Assembly: GCA_016699695.1 (NCBI GenBank)
Contig: CP065006.1
Location: 1,392,521 to 1,456,520 of the forward strand
From: Bacteroidota bacterium
GTDB lineage: Bacteria > Bacteroidota > Bacteroidia > Bacteroidales > UBA10428
Length of the DNA: 64,000 bases
Reading direction: 5' to 3'
In this document: positions 10,022 through 19,402 of the stretch, piece by piece
Layout: the number at the start of each line of letters is the position of its first letter
How positions within the stretch are numbered: position 1 is the first letter of the stretch
Notes under the pieces: generated by a model
Seen by the model: only the letters and a program-made list of their open reading frames with translations
The model's database searches: none
What the model was told of the DNA's origin: nothing
Translations under genes and position numbers: made by a program

Positions 10022-10384
10022 AACAATATTAATTTTGAAGGTATAATCGAACACCCATGTTATTGTTTAATTGCTATCGTGTGTGTTTTACTAAACATGG
10101 GTGCTTCATTTAGTTGGATTGAAATTAAACTAAAAATACAGAATTGGGCGAAACAATATCTATGCCATTTGAAAAACTAATTAACAAGTCGGTGGAAACC
10201 AGATAAATAACTTCAAGTATCTTATAAAAGATAAGCCTGAGTCCAATTGATAGCCAGTTACTACAAGGACTTTTTGCTTATTCTTTGTTGGAACAAATTG
10301 TACGATTACTATTTTTTCTTCTCATTGTTGCATGTTCTTCCCCGATGTTTCATAACTTTTGGATACCAATTAAACCAAACTACC

Positions 10385-11050
10385 ATGAAAACTTCCGATC
10401 AACCCCAATTGATTTCCTACAAAACCCTTCAACGCACCCTTGGAATCACAGGTGTTTCGCTTCCGGTTATTCTAATTCTCGGGTCGATCGTTCTCGATCG
10501 TTGCTGTGGAGTGCAAGGTTCTATCAGCAATTATTACCACACACGAATGGGGAATGTATTTGTGGGTTACCTTTGTGCCATAGGTCTTTTTTTGTGGTCG
10601 TACAAAGGTTATCCCGATAGCTGGGACAATCTTGCCGGCAATCTGGCCTGCGTGTTTGCCATTGGAGTAGCTTTTATGCCTACAAGCGTTACACCCGATG
10701 AGCTTTCGAATTGCCTGGTTCAGGAAACAGACAATGGCATTGTAGGCGTTTTGCATCTGATCTCGGCCGCTTTGTTGTTTTTGGTTTTAGCAGCATTTTC
10801 TCTGCTTATCTTTACCAAAGGAGACCCGCAACCTACTCCACGCAAAATTCTGCGTAACAGGATTTACAAAGCCTGTGGATGGATAATGCTGGCCGGAATT
10901 TTGATAATGGCCATTTATATAGTATGGCTTCGCCAAAGCTTCCCTGCCTTGCAGAAATTAAGCCCCATTTTTTGGCTCGAAGCACTTTGTTTGTGGGCTT
11001 TTGGTATATCGTGGCTAACGAAAGGCGAAGTAATTCTGAAGGACAAATAG
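10385..11050 (+). CDS. integral membrane protein (about 6 TM), function unknown
   Basis: The ORF track starts at a TTG at 10247. The first ATG is at 10385 (MKTSDQ...) and is followed by multiple hydrophobic helices. Confidence 0.6.
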   Translation: MKTSDQPQLISYKTLQRTLGITGVSLPVILILGSIVLDRCCGVQGSISNYYHTRMGNVFVGYLCAIGLFLWSYKGYPDSWDNLAGNLACVFAIGVAFMPTSVTPDELSNCLVQETDNGIVGVLHLISAALLFLVLAAFSLLIFTKGDPQPTPRKILRNRIYKACGWIMLAGILIMAIYIVWLRQSFPALQKLSPIFWLEALCLWAFGISWLTKGEVILKDK

Positions 11051-11198
11051 TTTTAAATATTCATCTTCAGTTAAAATTGAACTTATTTCATTTTTCTATG
11101 ATTTCTATACTGAAGTTTTTTGTGTTAATTTTGGGGCACAAAAACATCGATGAAGCTTAGAATCTTATTTTGAATCACTTTAATACAACTGTGCAACT

Positions 11199-11630
11199 AT
11201 GAAAAAAATCCTTTTTACATTTCTTTTAATAATAGGAATCTCATGCGTTTCTATGGGTCAGGAATTTGGTTTGCGTTTTGGAAACTTTGGCTACAATGGG
11301 GTTGCCATTGATGGAGTTTTCCAGGCAGGAAAATTCAGCCGGATACATGCCGACGCATACTTTAATGATGGCCTGGGTCTTGATGTGTTATGGGATTTTC
11401 TCTACAAGCCACTCGGCGAGGAAGCTTTCAACTGGTATCTTGGTGCAGGTCCTTACACCTTCTTAAGCGATAATTTTCAACTGGGTGTAGCGGGCGAAGC
11501 AGGTATTGAATACCACTTTAACGGAGCCCCGCTGGCCTTAGGCCTCGATTGGAGACCTTACCTGAGAATTATTGATAACACCGATATGTATTGGGATAGT
11601 TTTGGGTTAAATATCCGATTCGTCTTTTAA
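11199..11630 (+). CDS. small outer-membrane beta-barrel protein
   Basis: 143 aa with a signal peptide, alternating amphipathic strands, Gly/aromatic richness and a C-terminal ...NIRFVF beta-signal. Confidence 0.6.
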   Translation: MKKILFTFLLIIGISCVSMGQEFGLRFGNFGYNGVAIDGVFQAGKFSRIHADAYFNDGLGLDVLWDFLYKPLGEEAFNWYLGAGPYTFLSDNFQLGVAGEAGIEYHFNGAPLALGLDWRPYLRIIDNTDMYWDSFGLNIRFVF

Positions 11631-11674
11631 CAGAAGCTCTTGTAATAAAATCCTCCAATTCGGTTTAACGATAG

Positions 11675-11703
11675 TAGCGCACAATTTGGTGCGCTATTTT
11701 TTT
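11675..11703 (+). terminator. intrinsic terminator
   Basis: TAGCGCAC / GTGCGCTA 8-bp stem, 6-nt loop, then a T7 run. Confidence 0.75.
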
Positions 11704-11754
11704 ATCTTTAGGCAAAAATAGGGATTCTAAACCCAAACCTTCTTTTTATCCAAT

Positions 11755-13761
11755 ATGGAAACCGGAATACTCAGCGATATTGTAATCATCTTTGCGCTTT
11801 CTATTAGTGTTAACTTACTGTTTAACAGACTGAAGGTACCCAACATTATTGGCTACATGCTTACAGGCATCATTGCCGGCCCCCACCTGCTCGGTTTAAT
11901 AAAAGGGAAACACGAAATTGAACTGATGGCCGAAATTGGTGTGGTTCTGCTGATGTTTACACTGGGCCTTGAGTTTTCGCTGAAACAACTTATTAAAATC
12001 CGAAAGGTGGTTTTTCTGGGTGGATTTTTGCAATTTGTCCTCACTGGACTGGTAATCTTTGGGGTAGCAAAGGTTTTCGATTTACCGCCAAGAACAGCAA
12101 TTTTTGCAGGCTTTATCACTTCGCTCAGCAGTACAGCCATAGTACTTAAAATATTGCAGGAGCGCTCCGAACTTACCTCGAACTATGGACGAACTGTAAT
12201 CGGAATCCTGATTTTTCAAGATCTCATGCTGGTGCCCCTGTTGCTGTTTACCCAGTTTATGTCGGGCGATAACCTGGAAATTGGTCAGGATCTTTTACTG
12301 CTTAGCTTGAAGGGTATTGGTATTATTGCTTTCATTTATGCTGGTAGCAAATGGGCCACTCCATGGCTATTAAAATTCCTGGTCACTCGTAAAAATCAGG
12401 AACTGTTTCTGATGAGTGTATTCCTGTTTTGCATTGCTGTGGCATTGCTTACTTTCAGCCTGGGAATGTCGCTTGCATTTGGAGCTTTCCTTGCCGGACT
12501 GATGATTTCTGCTTCGGATTACAGTCACAATGTATTTGGCAACCTGGTGCCCTTTAAAAACATGTTCGCCAGTTTCTTTTTTGTATCCATCGGAATGCTT
12601 CTGGACCTTAGCTATGTATTTGATAACCTGGCCCTCGTTAGTTTTACACTTTTATTGGTATTATTGGTAAAAACAATTATTGCCGGAGGTACAGGCTTTA
12701 TTCTGGGCCATACTTTCAGGGGTACTGTGCTGGTAGGTATTGCCCTTAGCCAGGTGGGTGAATTTTCTTTTGTGCTGGCCAAAATAGGCCGCAGTCAACA
12801 GCTACTGCCTGAGAACCTTTTTCAGCTTTTCTTATCGGTGGCCGTTTTAAGCATGTCGCTCACACCTTTTTTTATCTCTATTGCCCGGCCATTTACTAAT
12901 TTTTTACTTAAACTTCCCCTACCGCGAGTGCTTATTGATGGCTTGTTTCCCTTAAAGGAAATTCCGGTACCAGAATATACAGGCCATTTGGTTATCATCG
13001 GAAAAGACTTAAGGGCACAGAAACTGTCTATGCTCGCGAAAAAACAAGATATTCCTTACGTCTCCATCTGCTTCGACCCTATTATGGTCCGCGAAAAGCA
13101 AATAGCCGGCGAAGCTGTTATTTATGGCGATGCCCTGAATGAACCAATCTTGTTGAAAGCGCATGTCGAACGTGCCGATATTGTGGTGGTATCTGTAGGT
13201 GATGTCATTGCTTCTACGGCCATTATCGATAAGGTGCGCCAGATAAATCATCATGCTTTCATTTTGGGTCGGGCAAAAAATGTGGAAGACCTCGAACTGC
13301 TTTTTAAACAGGGAGCCAACCACATTGTACCGGAGAAGTTCGAAACTGCCATTGAGTTTTTTAACCAGATTTTGAAAAAAAGATTAATGCCCCAGCGCGA
13401 TATTTCGGTATTGGTTAACAGGGTGCGTGAAGATTATTATGGTGTTTTTCGCGAGTATAGCCGTACCGAGCCCGGATGGTTTCTGGAAGAACTACCCGAC
13501 TTTGAAATCAATGCCTACCGGGTAGAAACAGGATCGGAAATTGTGGGCCGTTCGCTCCGCGACATAGCCTTGCGCCGCCGGATGAATGTGACACTTCTGG
13601 CTATCAAGCGTGAAAATGAAATTATTGAACACCCCGATGCCGACATTAGCTTTGTACCCGATGATTGCATATACCTGTTAGGAAGACCTGAAAACCTCGT
13701 GCAAGCCCAAAAAATGCTCACTTCCAATCAAACTATCCATGAAGAACCACTTACAAATTAG
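11755..13761 (+). CDS. CPA2-family cation:proton antiporter with RCK (TrkA-N / TrkA-C) regulatory domains
   Basis: 668 aa. The N-terminal 390 aa or so are polytopic Na+/H+-exchanger-like. A Rossmann-like HLVIIGKD segment and a TrkA-C-like C-terminus follow. Confidence 0.85.
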   Translation: METGILSDIVIIFALSISVNLLFNRLKVPNIIGYMLTGIIAGPHLLGLIKGKHEIELMAEIGVVLLMFTLGLEFSLKQLIKIRKVVFLGGFLQFVLTGLVIFGVAKVFDLPPRTAIFAGFITSLSSTAIVLKILQERSELTSNYGRTVIGILIFQDLMLVPLLLFTQFMSGDNLEIGQDLLLLSLKGIGIIAFIYAGSKWATPWLLKFLVTRKNQELFLMSVFLFCIAVALLTFSLGMSLAFGAFLAGLMISASDYSHNVFGNLVPFKNMFASFFFVSIGMLLDLSYVFDNLALVSFTLLLVLLVKTIIAGGTGFILGHTFRGTVLVGIALSQVGEFSFVLAKIGRSQQLLPENLFQLFLSVAVLSMSLTPFFISIARPFTNFLLKLPLPRVLIDGLFPLKEIPVPEYTGHLVIIGKDLRAQKLSMLAKKQDIPYVSICFDPIMVREKQIAGEAVIYGDALNEPILLKAHVERADIVVVSVGDVIASTAIIDKVRQINHHAFILGRAKNVEDLELLFKQGANHIVPEKFETAIEFFNQILKKRLMPQRDISVLVNRVREDYYGVFREYSRTEPGWFLEELPDFEINAYRVETGSEIVGRSLRDIALRRRMNVTLLAIKRENEIIEHPDADISFVPDDCIYLLGRPENLVQAQKMLTSNQTIHEEPLTN

Positions 13762-14434
13762 CATCTTTTGTTTTTTATTGCTAACCTCAACAAGTTTTTT
13801 AACTGCCCAGCAACATCGCTTTTATCCTGAGCATGGCGACCTGCTTTTTCAGGACCTGGACTGCGGACCGCTCTGCGATGCCATCGAATCGGTTACGGAA
13901 GGCTACCATGGTGCCAACTTTTCTCACATGGGTTTGGTGGTTTTACACAGCGATTCTTCTTATTGGGTTTTAGAAGCCACCGGAGCAGGAGTAATTGAAA
14001 CAGCTTTCCAACAGTTTATTCAACGCAGTACCGACAGTGCTGGAAATCCAAAAGTGATGGTAGCCAGGGTAAAAGATGCCTATTTGCCGCTAATTCCGAA
14101 AGTAATGCTGCTAAAGGAAAAATACCTCGGCTTGCCCTATAATACCAGTTACATCTGGAACGACAGTAGCTATTACTGCTCGCAACTTATTTATACACTA
14201 TTCGAGCAGGCAAACAATGGAGCAACTTTTTTTGAACTTCAACCCATGACTTTTAAAGTTCCCGGAGGGTTTGAAATGAATGCTGCATGGAAAGCATACT
14301 ACCAGGAACTCGGAATTGAAATTCCTGAAGGTATGCCTGGCTGCAACCCCGGCGGTTTGTCGCGTTCGGAGAAAATTGAAGTGGTGTATTTTTATGGCAC
14401 TCCGAAAGGTTATCTCGAAAGTCATTCAAAATAA
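13739..14434 (+). CDS. YiiX/YaeF-like permuted papain-fold amidase (exported)
   Basis: 231 aa with a signal peptide. It shows GDLLFQD...FSHMGLVV...VLEA...VMVARV and YYCSQLIY patterns. It overlaps the upstream gene by 23 nt. Confidence 0.6.
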   Translation: MKNHLQISIFCFLLLTSTSFLTAQQHRFYPEHGDLLFQDLDCGPLCDAIESVTEGYHGANFSHMGLVVLHSDSSYWVLEATGAGVIETAFQQFIQRSTDSAGNPKVMVARVKDAYLPLIPKVMLLKEKYLGLPYNTSYIWNDSSYYCSQLIYTLFEQANNGATFFELQPMTFKVPGGFEMNAAWKAYYQELGIEIPEGMPGCNPGGLSRSEKIEVVYFYGTPKGYLESHSK

Positions 14435-14501
14435 AAGATCTTGCTGGTCACTCCTATCAACCTGCTCAAATTACCGTTAAGACAGATTTGATTTCAATTA
14501 C

Positions 14502-14519
14502 CCCTGGCTGAAGCCAGGG
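14502..14519. terminator. hairpin between convergent genes (possible terminator without a U-tract)
   Basis: CCCTGGC-TGAA-GCCAGGG, a 7-bp stem flanked by TCAATT/AATTGA. Confidence 0.35.
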
Positions 14520-14588
14520 TCAATTGAATTGTTTAGGGTTCAATTAACTGTTTAAAAAGAATGTCTAGTCTGATTTAACCCAACTAAA

Positions 14589-15404
14589 TCAGCTCCCGAG
14601 CAAGGATTCGAATTCGCTCATAAGCCACTGTGATGTAGGGCCTATTTGGCCTTTATGAATGATCCGATGGTCGATACAGGTAACTGGCAACACCTTTTTA
14701 GTGGTACCGGAAAGAAATACTTCATCGGCCGTAAACAATTCGTCGAAAGCAATATCGCGCTCGATACATGGCTCGCCCTTTTCCTGCAGCAGATCGAGTA
14801 TAATGCTACGGGTAATGCCTTTCAGCATATTTCTGGCTGGGGTAAATACCTTTCCGTTTTTTACCAGAAATACATTTCCGCGAGAAGTTTCGCTGACGAT
14901 ACCGGCATTATAGTATAGAACATCGGCAGCACCGGCAAGGTCGATTTCGTGTTGCCAGTATACCAGTGGTAGGTAGTTGGTCGATTTGGCTTCGGGTAAA
15001 AAACGCTGGTACTCTTTGCTGATTAACATAATGCCTGTATTGTAAGTAAAGCGCGTGTCGATAGGCAGAACAAGCGGTATAATAAAAAGCTCTGCCGGTA
15101 TTTCACTTCCGGAAAAAGTATCAATAGGATAGGCAAATAATTTAATATAAAAATCATCTTCCTGGCAACGCTGAATGATTTCATGAACCAAGGCCTGAAG
15201 CTGTTCTGGTGAATACTCAATTTTCAGCCTCATCAAACTCATGGTAGTGAAAAAGCGTTCCAGATGCCGATGGAGATAAAATGCTTGTCGGTGCCTTACG
15301 CCAAAAAAATCGAAAGCCCCATACCCTCTGTTGGCCGCAATACTACCTGCAGACACTGTTATGGCTTCTGCTTCAATGAATTGATGGTAACAATATCCTG
15401 TCAT
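14589..15404 (-). CDS. class IV (fold-type IV) PLP aminotransferase / aminodeoxychorismate-lyase-like enzyme
   Basis: 271 aa with the EAKSTNYLPLV and ETSRGNVFLVKNGKVFTP...LKGITR motifs. Confidence 0.8.
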   Translation of the reverse strand: MTGYCYHQFIEAEAITVSAGSIAANRGYGAFDFFGVRHRQAFYLHRHLERFFTTMSLMRLKIEYSPEQLQALVHEIIQRCQEDDFYIKLFAYPIDTFSGSEIPAELFIIPLVLPIDTRFTYNTGIMLISKEYQRFLPEAKSTNYLPLVYWQHEIDLAGAADVLYYNAGIVSETSRGNVFLVKNGKVFTPARNMLKGITRSIILDLLQEKGEPCIERDIAFDELFTADEVFLSGTTKKVLPVTCIDHRIIHKGQIGPTSQWLMSEFESLLGS

Positions 15405-15443
15405 TCTGAATGGGTTTACCTTCCAAAGCTAAGAAGAACTCTT

Positions 15444-16154
15444 CTAAGGAAAAAACCTTATATCGGCTTTGGCAAGTACTTCCATAAAGGTGATGTATTC
15501 AGAAAGTACAATGTCAGGAAAAATTAATTCAGTGGGTTTAACTTTAAACCGGTCCATCGAGGGTTGGCATGCATAAAACTGTGCACCTAACCTTTCCAAT
15601 TCTCTGAGTTTCTCCTGCGATGTGATAGGCTCACCGGGCTCATGTCTATTTTGTCCCTTATGTCTAAAAACCGAATTAATTCCTCCTTGTTTCTCTTTGT
15701 ATCCCTGCTCCAGTAATTTTACAGCCGATCCCTGAAAAAAGATGGAGACCTGCATCCCGCTTAGTGCTGCTGCCCAGGCAAAACCAAGAGGCGATACTAA
15801 TTCATCGGGTCCATCCTCAGAAACAATGAGCGCAAAATGTTTGTAAACGGGTCCCTGATGATGCTTCACAATGCGGTAGGTACTTGTCAGGGCATCCTTG
15901 TCAAGAAGCAAGGTCTCATTTCCGGTGAGGCTTGCCCAGGCCATCATGTCGTTATGTAAGGCCTGGTAATTATCAACCCTGAGTTCTAAATAGTCTCCTG
16001 TCGATGCACTGTCAAGAATAATAGTAACACTGTTGAGGATGGAGGCAGCCATAATTTTGCCGCTGAAATAGGGAATAACTTCCCCCGACTGGGCTCTAGC
16101 TCCCAATGAACCAAAAATAAATAAAACTCCCAACAGTGCCCGCTTGAGTTTCAT
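15444..16154 (-). CDS. exported DsrE/DsrF/DrsH-like family protein
   Basis: 236 aa with the signal peptide MKLKRALLGVLFIFGSLGARAQ. The C-terminal 140 aa or so show the DsrE-like pattern (FALIVSEDGPD..., FFQGSAVKLL, GAQFYACQPSMDRF). Confidence 0.55.
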   Translation of the reverse strand: MKLKRALLGVLFIFGSLGARAQSGEVIPYFSGKIMAASILNSVTIILDSASTGDYLELRVDNYQALHNDMMAWASLTGNETLLLDKDALTSTYRIVKHHQGPVYKHFALIVSEDGPDELVSPLGFAWAAALSGMQVSIFFQGSAVKLLEQGYKEKQGGINSVFRHKGQNRHEPGEPITSQEKLRELERLGAQFYACQPSMDRFKVKPTELIFPDIVLSEYITFMEVLAKADIRFFP

Positions 16155-16167
16155 ATTCTAAATTATT

Positions 16168-17028
16168 TTAATGATTGGGAGCTATCCAATTTTGAAGATT
16201 TGTTGTAGTGCGTAGGATGGTAACCTCAGGTCCGTACTTATCTTCGCTTTCCGAAATGCCTTCGAAGTATTTTGTAAATCTGCCAAGAAACCTGAGGGCA
16301 GGATTAAAGCTCAGTAGTCCAATAAAACCTATTGCTCCAGCCGACAATCTTACCTTTTTTATACCCGGATGTTTAATCTCGCAATACCGGCTGAGTGCCT
16401 CGTTGTTGGTATACGCTTCGGGCCCAAAAACCACCAGTGTTTTATTAAGAACCTCCTCCGACAAATATGCCACAGCGACCATTGCTGCATAGTCTTTTGC
16501 CGCGAGCCAATGGTAAGGGTTTTGGTTGTTTCCAAGCATCATGGCTTTGTCATTACGCACAAACAAGGGCAGTGACTCAAAAAACCACGAAGGTCTGAAT
16601 ATGGTATAGTTAAGTCCACTGGATTTAATAGCCTCTTCGGCCTTGTATTTAGCCCGGATAACTGGAAACCAACTGTTTTTTTCACTTACCGAAGCCCCGG
16701 AGATAAATGTTACTCTTTCAACTCCCTGGCGGATAGCAGCCTCCAGAATATTTCGAGTACCCTGATGCTCTGTTTTTTCGAATGACTTCATGGAAGGTCC
16801 GCCCTGAAGATTGATATGAACTCCATAACAACCATTCAAAGCCTGATCGAGGGATTCCATATTACTGATGTCTCCCTTGACAAATTCAAAATTTCCTGGC
16901 ATCTTGATGCGGGCCTCATCCGGAGTACGTGTAAAAATAAGAACATGAAAACCATTGCTCTTTAAGGCTGCGGCTACTGGTTTACCGAGCATACCCGTAC
17001 CGCCAATTACAAGAATTTTTTTCTCCAT
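16168..17028 (-). CDS. NmrA-like / atypical SDR NAD(P)-binding protein
   Basis: 286 aa with the N-terminal Rossmann motif KILVIGGTGMLG. Confidence 0.75.
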   Translation of the reverse strand: MEKKILVIGGTGMLGKPVAAALKSNGFHVLIFTRTPDEARIKMPGNFEFVKGDISNMESLDQALNGCYGVHINLQGGPSMKSFEKTEHQGTRNILEAAIRQGVERVTFISGASVSEKNSWFPVIRAKYKAEEAIKSSGLNYTIFRPSWFFESLPLFVRNDKAMMLGNNQNPYHWLAAKDYAAMVAVAYLSEEVLNKTLVVFGPEAYTNNEALSRYCEIKHPGIKKVRLSAGAIGFIGLLSFNPALRFLGRFTKYFEGISESEDKYGPEVTILRTTTNLQNWIAPNH

Positions 17029-17198
17029 GGTAAAATCGAATTGTTTAAGTAAAAGTATGTTACCAAAAAGATGAAAAGCAGCCCTAATCGGTCAAGAAAG
17101 GCCAGACACCGGCGAATGAACTAATCTATCTGTTTAAAGAAGTCCAAATTTCAGGTTGCCAGGTTATTGGCATGTAAAAGGAAATCTGTCCTCAGGAA

Positions 17199-17358
17199 AA
17201 TGAAGCTCTCAGCAGCAAGCTGACGGGGTATCTGCAAAGGATTTTATTTTATCGCCTCAAGAAGCGGGGTATTTAACTGCGCACCCGCTTTCATCGGCAT
17301 TGTTCGACTATAAAATTTCATTTCGTGAACTCATGAAATTTAAGTCTCACGAATAAAT
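17199..17358 (+). repeat. interspersed structured repeat, copy A (about 96-nt core plus tail, interrupted by an insertion of about 53 nt)
   Basis: The core 17199-17294 aligns at about 85% identity with 51204-51300. The shared tail CACGAATAAAT resumes at about 17348. Confidence 0.8.
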
Positions 17359-17402
17359 CTGAAAGTAAGGATTATTGAATTTAAGCCTTACTATATCAGA
17401 AC

Positions 17403-18032
17403 CTAAAAGGAATGGAAAAAACTAGCCGGACCAATGGTGAAAACCAATAGGCCGTAGAGACTGTGCTCAAGCACAACGATCGTAAACGAACGATGCCGCA
17501 GGTAGGTAAAAGAGAATAATAGGCTTGCAATGAAAGTAAACACCAATACAACCCAGTTGTTAAAAACAATATGGGAATAGGAAAACAGCAAGGCATTTAC
17601 CAGCATGAGCAAGTTTCGGTTGGCAACCAGTCCCTGAAAACGATGGTAAAAGTAAACCCTGAAAACCAATTCCTGGGGTATTACAGAAACAAACGGATAG
17701 GCCAGTACCGTCATAGCCCATAAACCAGTAGCATGCGCTGGCAAAGCAAAATATTGTGCGGGGTAGAAAAACCAGGTGAAGGTAAGCAGAAAAATAATCA
17801 TGAGTGAGGTGCGCCACAGGATCATACGCCAGGCCCTGAAGCCATTCAGTCTGAACTGCCTCTTCTTAAATGTCTTATCGCGCAACAAGACATACAAAAA
17901 CACTCCAAACACCAGCAAGAGTGCCACAAATTTTAGTCCGGGATTCTGACTGTATTTCAGTAGCAGAGGTAAACCGATGTACAAGAGAAGAAGCTCGAAC
18001 CAGCGAATTATTTTCAAATGCAACGAAAGCAT
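17403..18032 (-). CDS. CPBP-family intramembrane metalloprotease (CAAX-protease-like)
   Basis: 209 aa and polytopic, with the PQELVFRVYF (EExxxR-type) and FSYSHIVFN motifs. Confidence 0.75.
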   Translation of the reverse strand: MLSLHLKIIRWFELLLLYIGLPLLLKYSQNPGLKFVALLLVFGVFLYVLLRDKTFKKRQFRLNGFRAWRMILWRTSLMIIFLLTFTWFFYPAQYFALPAHATGLWAMTVLAYPFVSVIPQELVFRVYFYHRFQGLVANRNLLMLVNALLFSYSHIVFNNWVVLVFTFIASLLFSFTYLRHRSFTIVVLEHSLYGLLVFTIGPASFFHSF

Positions 18033-18274
18033 CTTTAGCAGTTTTTTCCGAAGAGGGTTACCTCCTTTAAGTTAGTAAATTTTACGCAGTTCCGATACTA
18101 TGTGACGCAAATAAAGAGCCATTTAGCAGCTGGTTTTTATATCAGATTTAAAAAAACTTATTTGGACCTGGCTGTCGATAGGTATACCAGTTTATTTACT
18201 GGCAATTGTCTCTCATTTTTTGTACCTTTTATTACTTTTTCAAACAAAAAAACACCTTTTAACACCGAATCATT

Positions 18275-18439
18275 ATGACAAAGAAAAAAATTACCGTGGC
18301 GGCCCTGGCCGAAGAACTGAAACTTAGGTTAAACAAAAACCAGTCCATCGACTGCTGCAAGACAGAGCTTTTAAGTCTGGCCAGCCTTGCTAAAGAAAAG
18401 ATGGGGAAAGAAATGATCGAAGTGAACTGGAAAGATTGA
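18275..18439 (+). CDS. possible small ORF (54 aa, MTKKKITVAALAEELKLRLNKNQSIDCCKTELLSLASLAKEKMGKEMIEVNWKD)
   Basis: It is the only ATG-initiated ORF in a 734-bp intergenic gap and is below the ORF-track cutoff. I recognise no homology. Confidence 0.25.
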   Translation: MTKKKITVAALAEELKLRLNKNQSIDCCKTELLSLASLAKEKMGKEMIEVNWKD

Positions 18440-18735
18440 TCGCGAAACCCCTTTTATTTCATCGTTTTAACTTGATCTTCAGTAATAGTGCTGTGAACCA
18501 GGAAAAATTGACCAGCACTTATTAAACATAAACAATACTGATTCAGCAAATTACACATTGCAGTGGATTCGCTTTCAAATTAAATTAAAATTGAAGCAAA
18601 CAAAAAACTATCGTTTATCGCTGTATTGATAATTGGCGAATCCAAGCCCTTATAGCTATACCGCTTATAACATGCCGTTTAAATGCCAATTGTATTTAGT
18701 CCAAAAAAATATATTCAGGGCTATATTTATTTTTT

Positions 18736-18743
18736 TAACTTTG
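18736..18743 (+). promoter_or_regulatory. candidate -7 box (TAACTTTG)
   Basis: It matches TAnnTTTG and lies about 24 nt upstream of the ATG at 18767. Confidence 0.4.
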
Positions 18744-18766
18744 TTAACTAATCAAAATATTAAAGT

Positions 18767-19198
18767 ATGAAAAAAGTTATTTTCGCCAGTCTATTCACCT
18801 GCATGTGCTTTGCTGGCAATGTATTTGGTCAGGCCAGAAGTGAATTAAATCTTGGCTTAATCGGTGTTAACTATGAAATCCCGGTTCATCAAGATATCAC
18901 AATTGCTCCAGGTGCATCGACTAATTTTGACCTCAACTGGTTTACCGCCAACATTAGAGCAAATTACTATTTTGATAATTTATTTGGCATAACACATGAG
19001 TCTTGGGATGTTTATGGAGGTGTTGGAGCAGGTTATGCATTTTACATTGGAAGTGATAATGAAAGCAGCAATTTCGATATAGGTCTGCATGCTGGTGGAA
19101 GATGGTTTTGGAATGATAAATGGGGTGTGTATTTTGAACTTGGTGGAGCAAGCACTCAAGGAGCAACAGGTGGAGTTGGATTGACTGTTAAATTATAA
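18767..19198 (+). CDS. small outer-membrane beta-barrel protein
   Basis: 143 aa with a signal peptide and Gly/aromatic-rich alternating strands (GGVGAGYAFY, GLHAGGRWFW, GVYFELGG). Confidence 0.6.
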   Translation: MKKVIFASLFTCMCFAGNVFGQARSELNLGLIGVNYEIPVHQDITIAPGASTNFDLNWFTANIRANYYFDNLFGITHESWDVYGGVGAGYAFYIGSDNESSNFDIGLHAGGRWFWNDKWGVYFELGGASTQGATGGVGLTVKL

Positions 19199-19208
19199 TC
19201 AGATATTT

Positions 19209-19252
19209 TTAAGAAAGTCTTTACTGAAATTAATTTCAGAAGACTTTCTTAA
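19209..19252. repeat. 44-nt near-perfect palindrome
   Basis: TTAAGAAAGTCTT(TA)CTGAAATT|AATTTCAGAAGACTTTCTTAA, with only a 2-nt bulge. Confidence 0.7.
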
Positions 19253-19402
19253 ACTCATTTCTTTTGCCTTTGTGTGCTATTTTAAACCCGAGTTTATTCA
19301 TTGGGGATAACCAAAGTTTGTAGAACGGTTTTTTTATGTCATGCCCGTTTCTACTAAACTTATAGAGAATTTCTCTCACCCAGCCACCTTCCTAATTCCT
19401 CT

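Noticed and set aside
11199-19198. The two 143-aa beta-barrel OMP genes (11199-11630 and 18767-19198), considered as recent paralogs or a duplication.
   Set aside because: They have identical length but no convincing sequence similarity when compared by eye. The shared length is probably coincidence within a broad small-OMP class.
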